Assembly: GCA_964016885.1 (NCBI GenBank)
Contig: OZ024741.1
Coordinates: 311,054,001 to 311,118,000 of the forward strand
DNA: 64,000 nucleotides
Source of the DNA: Eledone cirrhosa
Lineage: Eukaryota
Direction: 5' to 3'
The notes beneath the pieces are model-generated. The model did not search any database and was not told where the DNA came from. It worked only from the letters and a program-made list of their open reading frames with translations. This document shows positions 12,567 to 23,034 of this stretch, in pieces. The translations under genes and the position numbers were made by a program. Each line of letters starts with the position of its first letter. Position 1 is the first letter of the stretch.

Positions 12567-13083
12567 CTGAAATTATCAGTATATATAATAAGATTGCAGA
12601 TATCATTATGAACATACATGTACATACAATAAATGAGATATAAATAATTTTAAGAATATGACAAATAAATGAATACATATGCTTTTGGTTATGTGTATAT
12701 GGGAGTTTTGCGTCTGTGTGAGTATGCGGGTTGTACGTATGTTGGGTGTGTGTATATGTGTACTTCATGTTTTGGTTGACGTGGATCTCCGAACATTTGT
12801 GTATTTACATGTAGGTATGTGTGTGCGCTTGTTATATACGTATTTATTATTTATATACGTTTATTTAATTACTTATTTATTTGTATACACGCACACACAC
12901 ACACATATATGTATATGTGCGTGGTTTTGTATACCTATGGCGAGTGTTTTCGCGTATGCTTGTGTATGTACGTATTTGGATGGGTGTATGTATTTATTTA
13001 AATTCGATTACGTCTGTATTGTATTTTATTTACTTTATTCTTAACTCTGAAGCGGGGAATCATTCGGTTTCCTAGTTAGAATT

Positions 13084-13591
13084 TTAGTCTACGACTTCAG
13101 CTATACCATTTACGTGGTTTTGTCTTTGCGTGTAATTGTTCTCAACGCTCCACATAATGACGTGGTATCTTCGTTTTGTCCGTTCATTACCAGAGAACGT
13201 CTCTATGAACCACCTAAGAGAACATTAGTCTACGACTTCTTTTATACCATAAACGTGGTTCTGTCTTTACGTGTAATTGTTTTTCACCGCTCCTATTAAT
13301 GACGTATTATATTCGTTTTTTCCCGTTCTTTTCCAGGGAACGTTTCCACGAACCAAAGTATCGTCTTCCTGTCTTCCTCCGGTTGCAACGTTTTTTGAAA
13401 TATCCACTTCTGCGTTTACAGATTGACTTTGTTAGTTTGAGAAGATACCGTTAAGGGTGAAAGCAGCGATTCTTTGCTTAAACTTTAATCTGTTATTTTA
13501 ATAAATTTTTGCTCTACAGTTCTTATATATTTGATATATATTTATCCTTATCGAGCCCTCTTTGGATTTTAGTCTTCAAATTTATTATTAT

Positions 13592-13597
<6 letters not shown>
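13084..13597 (+). mobile_element. Dispersed non-coding repeat (family X) with internal ~140-bp duplication
   Basis: Core gtctttgcgtgtaattgtt...aaagtatcgtcttcc...gttaagggtgaaagcagcgattctttgcttaaactttaat recurs at 15959-17185, 29205-29410 (minus) and 56490-57080. Ends at (TA)n. Confidence 0.85.
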
Positions 13598-13686
<89 letters not shown>

Positions 13687-13892
13687 TAACATATTCATTC
13701 ATAAATTCAATCATATTACCGAAGGGAAAAACTTACTTTAAATGTGGAATGTTGATATCAAAAATGTTGGAAGTGAAAGGAAACGTTATAGCGGCCACAC
13801 AAGATAAATATATGGTAAGAGACTCTCTCGTTGATATGTAATAAATCTTATTGCTGTATCAGATGAAAGAATGGTATTTAACTAATGTATTG

Positions 13893-15958
13893 GTACGCGA
13901 TGGGGCCCACCCACAGCCCCGGCGGAGAGAATGGAGAAGGCGTTTCACCGCAGGAGGGCAAGGGAGACGCGCTGCAAAAGCCACTCCAACTCGCGGGGCT
14001 CACATCTGTGGCTGGCCAGCTCAGCGCCTATGGTGGTGAGTAAGGAGGTAGCCCTGGGGCGGAGGACACCAGAAATTTCCACTGCCAGGGGAACGACCGC
14101 AACCTGTCGGAGAGCGACCGGTATTTGAGGAATTTGGCCCCCTCAGCCCGATGTGCAGCAGAATCTGGATTAGTCGCCGACTGCACAAAGTTGCGGCTGC
14201 AGAAAGTGTCGGTGCAAGTGGCATCCCAGACGAGGGGTTTGCCACCGCGGAACGGGAAGATAGTCATGCCATCTGGTCTTTTGCCATCCGCTCGATCCAG
14301 CCCCACCGGTTCAAGCTGGGAAGGGAAGCCTGCAGCGTCTAAGCCATGCTTAATGACCCTGTTGAGGGCAGTATGGCGTGGAATGCGGCCGGCAGTGTGG
14401 CGACAGGAAAGCGGGTGGAGGCCGAAAGAGTCCACGGTGGAACCGCAGCGACATTGGTGTGGCTGGCAGATCCGGAGGCCGAGCCTCAGGTAAACGCCGA
14501 TTCACAGGCTATGGTTGTCTAGCTGCGTGCCAGTGGAGAAGGCGGGCAGAGCATGGAGCCAGGCATCTTGTGGGGTTTGGAGGCCGCACAAAAACAAGCA
14601 AGGCGGTGCTGGTCGAGCTGGCGCGTGAGCCTGTCTGAGGCTAGGCTGCACTGGATGGCATCTCAAGTGCGTTGGGAGAATTTGACGTCAAAAGGGGCAG
14701 AATGAGGAGGGACGTCTACTGGGCTAAGTCCCAGCCGGTCACACGTCTCACAGGCGGCCTCACGTTCTCTGAACACAGAGGGTTCTGTTGTGTTTTGAAG
14801 AACCCTGCTGACGAGGACGCGGCACGATGTTACCGACGAAAGATACGCCGGCAAAGATAATGAGATCGGGGACCGGAGGCCTAGGCCGCCATAGCTGACT
14901 GGTAAAGTGGCCTGTTGCCACCCTATGTCGTCAAACTTGACGTTGCATATCCCCTCGGCTGCTGCTCGGATACAAGTATCGAGGTCAGCGAGGAGAGATG
15001 TCTGGGTGTAGCATGGAGCGCTGCCGAGTGTGTAGAGGAGCTTCGGCATTGCGAAGCAGTTCCTCAGCAGAAAGAGAGCTTGGTGGCCGTCAGTCAAGCC
15101 CAGTCGGCTCGTGAGAGTCTGGAGCTGTTGAAGCCGGGACCTGATGGTGGAACGGATGGCCGATGGGTGGATCGGTGACCCGAGGATGAGGACATCCTCT
15201 TTGGGGGTCACCTGAACCTGTCGGAGAATGGACCGCACATCCGAGACGAAGGCTGGAAAGCTCGCAGCATCGAGGCTGACATTCACCACCTCCGACTAGC
15301 CCGAGTGGACCTGGAGGCCAATTCGCGCCAGGAGCAGGAATCACCGATTGGAGGTCTTGGCAGACCGTCCCTATGGGCCCACCCAATGTAGCATCATCCA
15401 GATACCAAACGTTGAGAGGGGCCGTAATACTACGGGCGATGTAGTCAATACCAAGGCCGAACAGGAGGGGTCCCAAAGGGTCGCCCTGTTGGATCCCAGT
15501 AGCCGAGGGTATGACCGTATCAGCACCTAGGAGCATGCTCGGGGCTCCATATGACAGGTAGGCCAGCGGGTAGGCAGAGGGAGCTCGGCTGAGGGAGGTT
15601 TCGAGTAGGTGATCCCGGCGTAAAGAGTTAAAGGCATTCCTCATGTTAAGCTTGACAATGAGGTGCCTGGAGTCCCTGGATGCCGGTACCGATGGGCAGC
15701 TGCTGAAGAACTGCCTGATTGCATGAGAGGCTCCCTCACAGCCACCGGACACGCCGACACCCAGTTGCACCGGACTAAACTCCTCACCCAGTTCGTGTGT
15801 GACGGACTTGAAGATCACCTTGGCAGCCAGCCTGCGGAAGATATTGCCCACAGCAATGGGGCGTATGCCACCCTCTTTCTTCCTGAGAGCGGTGAGGTTG
15901 GCCGAAAAAAAGAGGCCTCGGGCGTAATGGTCGAGGCCACCATGAATGAGCCTATTGG
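13893..15958 (-). mobile_element. CRE-clade retrotransposon, 5'-truncated, frameshifted (RT and RLE)
   Basis: ORFs 15090-15971 (GGIRPIAVG..RRL, GIQQGDPLGPLLF, WYLDDATLGG), 14663-15289 (WQQATLPVSYGGLG) and 14028-14435 (CHCG..HPLSC..RH..LN, KRPDG, WDATC). Confidence 0.9.
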
Positions 15959-17185
15959 TGAACGTCTCCACGAACCACCTAATAGAATATTAGTCTACGA
16001 CTTCATTTGTACCATAAACCTGGTTTTGTCTGATACGGTCATAACCTCGGCTACTGCGGTCCAACAGGCTGACCCTTTGGGACCCCTCCTGTTCGCCCTT
16101 GGCATTGACCACATCACCCGGAATATCCCGACGACAATCAACATTTGGTATCTGGATGATGCTACGTTGGGCGGGCCCGTACGGTCGGTCTGCCATGACC
16201 TTCAATCGGAGGTTCCTGCCCTGGCGGAAATCGGCCTCCAAGTCAACTCGGCCAAGTCTCTGAGGCTCGGCCTCACGATGTGCCAGACACACCAGTGTCA
16301 CTGCGATTCCATCGTGGACTTTTTCGGCCTCCACCCGCTTTCCTGTCATCACACTGCCGGCCGCATTCCAATCCATGCTGCCCTCAACGAGGTCATTAAG
16401 CATGGCATGGACGCTGCACGCTTCCCTTCCCAGTTCGAGCCGGTGGGGATGTATCGAGGGGACGGCAAAAGGCCAGTTGGCATGACCATCTTCCCGTTCC
16501 ACGGTGGCAAACCCCTCGCCTGGGATGCCACTTGCACCGACACTTTCTGCAGCCGCAACCTGGTGCACTGCAACTGACCCAGATTCTGCTGCACGTCGGG
16601 CTGAGGGGGCCAAACTCCTCAAATACCGGTCGCTCTCCGACAGGTTTGCGGTCGTACTCCTGGCATTGGAGACTTCTGGTGTCCTCGGTCCAAGGGCTAC
16701 CTCCTTACTCACCACCATAGGCGCTGAGCTGGCAAGCCGCAGGTGTGAGCCCCGCGAGTTGGAGTGCCTTAGCAGCGCGTCTCCCTTGCCGTCCTCCGAG
16801 GAAACGCCTTCTCCATTCTGTCCGCCCGGGCTGTGGGTGGGCCCCATCGCGTACCGTCGTAGTTGTTGTGTACAGATATTAACTCATCTATCCCATTATC
16901 CTAATCCGAAAGTTCTAATTTAAACTAAATATGACATGCAGCGGTTTTGTCTTTGCGTGTAATTGTTCTCCGCGCTTCAAATAATGACGTGTTATCTTCG
17001 TTTTTTCCCCGTTCTTTGCCAGGGAAGGTTTCCGCGAACCAAAGTATCGTCTTCCTTCGGTTGCAAAGTTTTTCGAAATATTCACTTTTGCGTTCACAGA
17101 TTGATTTTTTTAGTTTCAGAGGATCCTGTTAAGGGTGAAAGCAGCGATTATTTGCTTAAACTTTAATGTTATTTTAATAAATATA
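15959..17185 (+). mobile_element. Family X copy interrupted by a CRE insertion
   Basis: 15959-16031 matches 13195-13270. The sequence resumes at 16943 and matches 13257-13505. Confidence 0.85.
16032..16942 (+). mobile_element. Second CRE copy (internally deleted) with 10-bp TSD
   Basis: AVQQADPLGPLLFALGID..WYLDDATLGG joined directly to LRLGLTMCQTHQCHC..KRPVG..WDATC. Direct repeat ggttttgtct at 16022-16031 and 16943-16952. Confidence 0.85.
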
Positions 17186-17336
17186 TCTGTTAGAACACGA
17201 AAAGTGTGAAACAACAGAATGTTCACTTTTCGTGTTCTAACATATATGCCTAACATCTTCATAAATTTTTCGGGGATAGCCGTGGTGGTGGTGATCGTAT
17301 GTCATTGGCTAATTTTCAACCAATCAGAGTAAGTGT

Positions 17337-17394
<58 letters not shown>

Positions 17395-18793
17395 ACACTT
17401 ACTCTGATTGGTTGAGGTTACCTCCGATTCAACCCGGAATAACGTATATATATATATATATATATATACTATTCCCCCTCTCTCTATATATATCTTACGC
17501 TTTCGCTTTACACTCCTCCCCTTCAATAACACATTTCCCTCTCTCTATATATCTCTTCCACTGTTACTTACGCCTGTTTCTCTCTATCTGTTCCGTCTCT
17601 ATATATATATCTCTCTTACTCTTTCGCTTTGCACTCCTCCCCTTCAATACCATCTCTCCCCCTCTCTATATATTTGTTACTCTATCGCTGCACGCTCCTC
17701 TCCTTCAATATATCAATTACACACGCTTTACACTCCTTTATCCCCAGCGCCCCTATATATACACCCCCCTCCCGCATCTATATTTTAATGTTCCGTTGCA
17801 CCGTGAATATATGTGTCTATATATATATACATATATATTGTATATACACATTCATGTATGTGTATACACACTCATGTATGTATATACACTGGTTTTATGT
17901 GTGTATTGTAAATTTGTACTGTTAAAACACGAAACTAACATTCGATTGACACTTTGATTACCTGTACAGGCAATAGTTATTAGAATGCTGTTGAAGTGTG
18001 TATATATTTTTGGGGGACATCCTGTATATACACACATTATATATAATACAATAAACAGATAAATACACACATATATATATGAGCTTATTTAATTATAAAT
18101 ATTGTGAATTTTTAACTCAGTTCAATTATATATATAAATGGCTTCTACAGGACTAGAACTGTTTCATTCGAAAGAAATCATCAAAATATTGAGAGGGGGG
18201 ACTAGATAAAATATTTCAAATCAAATGTGTATAAGTTATAAGTTAAAATGTATAAATAGAGACGATAGTGGAGGTATATCTGTTTAGTGGAACAGTAGAC
18301 GATAGAATTAAATACAGACGAGAATCTCCCTTTAATGAAACAGCAGACGATAGAATTAAGGCAATTTAAATTTTAAGCATTTGCATTTCATCGTTACGGG
18401 GTCGATAAAATAAAGTACCAGTAATACACTGTCACTATAAGTAGACGACTTTCAAATTGAATTGTTGGTTCCATTTCTTTAGTATTTTCAATTGTAGTTA
18501 TCTACTTAAAAAGCGTTACACGGTTAGAGACATAATTGGTAAGTTATATCTTCCCTATTAAACCATTGCATTATTTCGCCTACAATAGAACAAAAATGAA
18601 ATGTTCTTTAAAGAAACAGGAATATAACTTTATAAAAAAAAAAGTTGCATCCGCTTCTTTTATCATTGATAATTTTTTCGTTTTAATATTAATTGTTTTT
18701 TGTAGTTGTTTATATTAAAAATCTTACTGTAATATTTACTTAAACGAAGGCAGACATCTAAACTTATAGATTAATCTTGAGCGAAGGACTAGA

Positions 18794-18870
<77 letters not shown>

Positions 18871-18874
<4 letters not shown>

Positions 18875-19084
18875 GAAGAATGATAACATTTCAAGCAAAG
18901 AGTTTAATTAGGTAATGACTTACAAATTTGTTTCAGTATATATTTAATATAATATTAATATATTTTGTAATATTATTAACTAATTATTATAATTAGCGCT
19001 TCAGGCTTTGTCTATATACTGAAACACATTTGTAAGTCATTACCTAATTAAACTCTTTGCTTGAAATTTTATCACTCTTCGTTT
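18871..19084. repeat. Inverted repeat, ~70-bp arms, ~70-bp spacer, next to (CT)n(TA)n
   Basis: aaacgaagaatgataacatttcaagcaaagagtttaattaggtaatgacttacaaat has its reverse complement at ~19014-19084. Confidence 0.9.
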
Positions 19085-19172
19085 TGAATTTCTCCTAAGT
19101 ATTCAATACTCTGTTGAGAAATACATTTTACATAAACAGTCTTTGTACCATTTATACGGTATTAATTACTTA

Positions 19173-19207
<35 letters not shown>

Positions 19208-19864
19208 CGTATGATTAGAACTGTGTTTATTATTAATATTTTAATGGATTTAATGAAAAATTTTAGGTGTTCATATATATATTCTAAAACTGCGCGAAAT
19301 CGTGAATCCGCGATAGTTGAACCGCCAAGTAGCGAGGTATCACTGTATATATGTTTAAATATATAGTGTAGCTGTGATGTATCTCGCGAGTGAATCGAGA
19401 CCTGTCACTGATTTTGGTGTCCCCACTGCCGATGTGAATGAGCAACGCTGCACTTGTGAATTGGGTCTTGATGTTGCAGGCAGTTCATATACTTACAATG
19501 ATGCGGTCCCACAAGCTTGTTCACATTCCTGTGCTAATAATCTAGATGGGCGTATTAAATTGGATGTGAAAGCAGCTTACCGGATGCGGAATCGGGAGAA
19601 GTTGAGACAAAAACAGGCCGATTATAGAGCTGTGAATTTTGCTAAATTAACACAAAAACAGGCCAAGTATAGATGTTCAAAACGGTATGAGTTGGCAAAC
19701 AAGCAGGCCAAGTATGGATCTGCAAATTCAGCTATTATATCTCAAAAGCAAGCCGAGCGTAGAGCTTCTAAACGTACCGAGTTGGCTAAAGAGCAAACCA
19801 AGTACAGATCTGCAAATATCTTATTGCACAAACAATAATTCTGCACAAATATTGCTCCATTATT

Positions 19865-20046
19865 TTGGCAGTATTGGTAGAGGGTCGGATGCCATGCTTT
19901 CCAGCATAGTTACGTCCCTTTACGATCTGAGTTCAAATCCTGCCGAGGTTGACTTTGCCTTTCATCCTTACGGGGTAGATAAAATAAAGTACCAGTAATG
20001 CACTGGGTAATTGCTGGCCTTGTGCCTAAAGTAGAAACAATTATTA
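19865..20046 (+). mobile_element. Full-length tRNA-derived SINE
   Basis: A-box-like tggcagtattggtagag, B-box gagttcaaatcc, core gcctttcatccttacggggtagataaaataaagtaccag, tail gtagaaacaattatta. Further copies at ~10215-10330(-), ~18380-18430(+), ~31360-31440(-) and ~40050-40165(-). Confidence 0.85.
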
Positions 20047-20229
20047 GATCTAATGTTGCAACGATACAGTTAAATGTTGTCTGTGTATTTTAAAAAAGAT
20101 TTGCTTATAATCTTTTCAAATTTCATTACGCCAATGATTCAAGCTCAAATTGACATTATCTAAAAAATTGTACAAACAGCGGTGGATTAGCAGTAGTGAA
20201 CAGATAAATCAGTCAATTTATTAAGATTG

Positions 20230-20883
20230 ACTTGGCATCAATCAGCAAGACCTTCATTAGCTGCTCTCCAGCCATCTATTTAAAGCTGTATACATCTATG
20301 GTACGAATACACTTGGAGTTCGCGTCATCAGTCTGGAACCCCTATCTTGCTCAGAACATTGACCTCCTGGAAACTGTTCAGAGACATGCAACCAAGCGCA
20401 TACCCTCCATCAGACACCTACCATACCCTGAATATTTTGCTTCCCTCTGGCAATGGACTTGGTAAACACCCACAAAGTTATTAACCATCCGACCAACAAC
20501 AACCCCGAACACCTTTTTGATCTCCATGTGTCTAACACGTGGACATGCCTACAAAGTCAGAAAACAACACAGCTCCCATGACTTTAGGAAATATTTCTTC
20601 ATGCTCAGAGTTGCTGAAGGATGGAACAAACTTCTTGCATCAGTTGTTAGCTGATGACACACTGCATCCTTTAAAACCATCATACATTCCGAAATACACC
20701 AAAACTACACCTGATGTCCCCCTTCCATACACATGCACATATGTGTATATCATGACTCATGCACTGTTCTTTTTTCCTGACGTTTTTATATTACCCTATG
20801 TATTATATATGCACTTTTGATGAGTTGTAGTGCACCTCAGCATTGTACACAATATTTTCATTATTATTATCATTATTATTATT
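20230..20883 (+). mobile_element. CR1-type LINE 3' fragment with (ATT)n tail
   Basis: LYTSMVRIHLEFASSVWNPYLAQNIDLLETVQRHATKRIP, later FFMLRVAEGWNKL. Ends in attattatt. Confidence 0.85.
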
Positions 20884-21349
20884 ACACTCATTGATCCATT
20901 TTGCACTAACTCTGCATCAAGCACCCTCACCTAAATATTAACCAATCAAGGATCCAATACAGCTATCTGTTGGATGAGTATTGTATAGTGCCAAAAACGA
21001 AACCAATCAGTATAGCAGAAAGTTTCCAGACAAGAAACACGCATATTTTGCTATCCTCAAACACGTTTACACATGGCATGAAATATAACTAATCCGAGAT
21101 GGCTAGGTTTCATCTTCTAACTGGATATACGAAATCCATTATGTCTTGACAACAACATGAGGTAACATTATGTTATTCACAGACACACTTTGTACACTGT
21201 TCCATATCAGAATGTATTTCCTTCGTCACATTCACAAACAGTATTGAAAATATGTTCTTCGGCAAATAAAAATGTTTTGTTCATAATATTTCAACTAGCG
21301 ATTGCTCTACTCCACGCACGACCACCATAAATTAATGACCAGCTCAACA

Positions 21350-21525
21350 CAAGTATTGGTAGAGCGTCAGACACCATGCTTTGCAGTATTGTTATGGTCC
21401 TTTGCATTCTAAGTTCAAATCCTGCCGAGGTTAACTTCGACTTTCATACTTACTAATTCGATAAAATAAAGTACCAGTAATGGACTGCCGTAATGGATTT
21501 GTGCCGAAAAATAGAAACACTATTA
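21350..21525 (+). mobile_element. tRNA-derived SINE (diverged)
   Basis: agtattggtagagcgtcagac...aagttcaaatcctgccgaggttaac...gataaaataaagtaccagtaat. Downstream flank 21570-21650 is also similar to 20048-20130. Confidence 0.8.
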
Positions 21526-22077
21526 ATGTGCAATAAGAGCAAAATATAACGACATTGCTCAATTATTTTATCTAATGTTGTAATAACACAAGGAAATGTT
21601 GTTTGTGTATTTTTTTTTATATTTGCTCATAGGCTTTTACAATTTCGCTCAGCCAACAACTATTAAAAAGTGAGTTGCTTAAGATAACAATTTAATCACA
21701 AATTGTTGCTATCTTTTAATACACTCCAACAAGTCATCAAATTATGTACAATAAAAACAAATCTTATTAATTTGCTCAGGGAATATAAAGAAAATGTATA
21801 TACACTGATAATTGCAATTGTATGTAAATATTTTGTTTTTGTATTGTTTATTTTATGTTTTCTATTATGTATAATATATTGATTTAATATTGATTGTTTT
21901 TTTGTAGTTGTTTATATTAAAAGTCTGAAAATATTTTTATACATCTTACACTAATATTTATAAGATAATTTATAATAACAATTACATAATCTAATTACAT
22001 TACAACGATAATTTATTATTAATATATATCCTGTTTAACTAGAGTTATTACAAGCGTTGCCTTAAAAAAATATTAAA

Positions 22078-23032
22078 CTAGACATGAAAAATGCGCAAGC
22101 TCAAAAGTGCCACAGAATGTTATAATAAACCTTCAAAAGTGTGGGACTAGAGTTGTTGCTAAAAAATATTGTAATCATTATATATCGTACATTCTGTGGC
22201 ATCCTTTATAAAAATAGCTTAAACCAACGAAGCCTTTATTTTTACGCTATTTCACTTAGTTAATTCTTAGAGTGTAACATATAAAAATAAATACATCTAT
22301 GTTTAATGTAATAACAGCTATAAATAATTACGTAATATTATTATCATATACTCATAGTAACAAAATAATTGTGTTGAAACTTAATATGATGCTTATATGA
22401 ACGATCAAATCTATAATGATAATTTCTTAAATATACTAATAGTAAAATAATTTAGTTATCTATTGTTACATTTTCATAGAACTATAATATTAACAATCGT
22501 ATTGCATTATCAAATTTTTATCACTACAAACTTTCATATTGGAATTACCTTAAGCCACTTATTATTACTTCGCTTTCGTACTTTTACAGCTGTAGATATT
22601 GCGCTGTATCTTATATCTAATATCAATATCTCGTGGTAATTTGCATGAAGTGTAAAATAGGTTTATTAATAACTTTAATATGAAATGTATTATACAGGGC
22701 TGCGGAGTCGGTCAAAAATTGACTGGCTCCAACTCAGGATCCGATACTCCATTATTTCCTAAATTTCAGCTCCGCAGCTCTGTTATTATATTAATTAATT
22801 TATTTTATAGTTGTAAATCATATTTTTATATGTTACACTCTAAGAATTAACTAAGTGAAATAGCGTAAAAATAAAGGCTTCGTTGGTTTAAGCTATTTTT
22901 ATAAAGGATGCCACAGAATGTACGATATATAATGATTACAATATTTTTTAGCAACAACTCTAGTCCCACACTTTTGAAGGTTTATTATAACATTCTGTGG
23001 CACTTTTGAGCTTGCGCATTTTTCATGTCTAG
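22078..23032. repeat. Inverted repeat, ~210-bp near-identical arms (22078-22289 / 22821-23032)
   Basis: ctagacatgaaaaatgcgcaagctcaaaagtgcc...gagtgtaacatataaaaata and its reverse complement. Abuts the PLE at 23035. Confidence 0.95.
22695..22782. mobile_element. Tiny hAT-like MITE
   Basis: TIRs cagggctgcggag / ctccgcagctctg, with near-identical 8-bp flanks gtattata / ttattata. Confidence 0.65.
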
Positions 23033-23034
23033 TA

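Noticed and set aside
15663-16577. 304-aa ORF spanning the CRE junction
   Set aside because: Chimera of antisense CRE, 73 bp of family X and a deleted sense CRE; open by chance in GC-rich DNA.
19865-20046. tRNA gene
   Set aside because: Has A/B boxes but no cloverleaf, and is multi-copy with a SINE core and tail.
20940-21060. Hydrophobic minus-strand stretch (ICVFLVWKLSAILIGFVFG) as a signal-peptide exon of the EGF gene
   Set aside because: No in-frame ATG or usable GT donor found.
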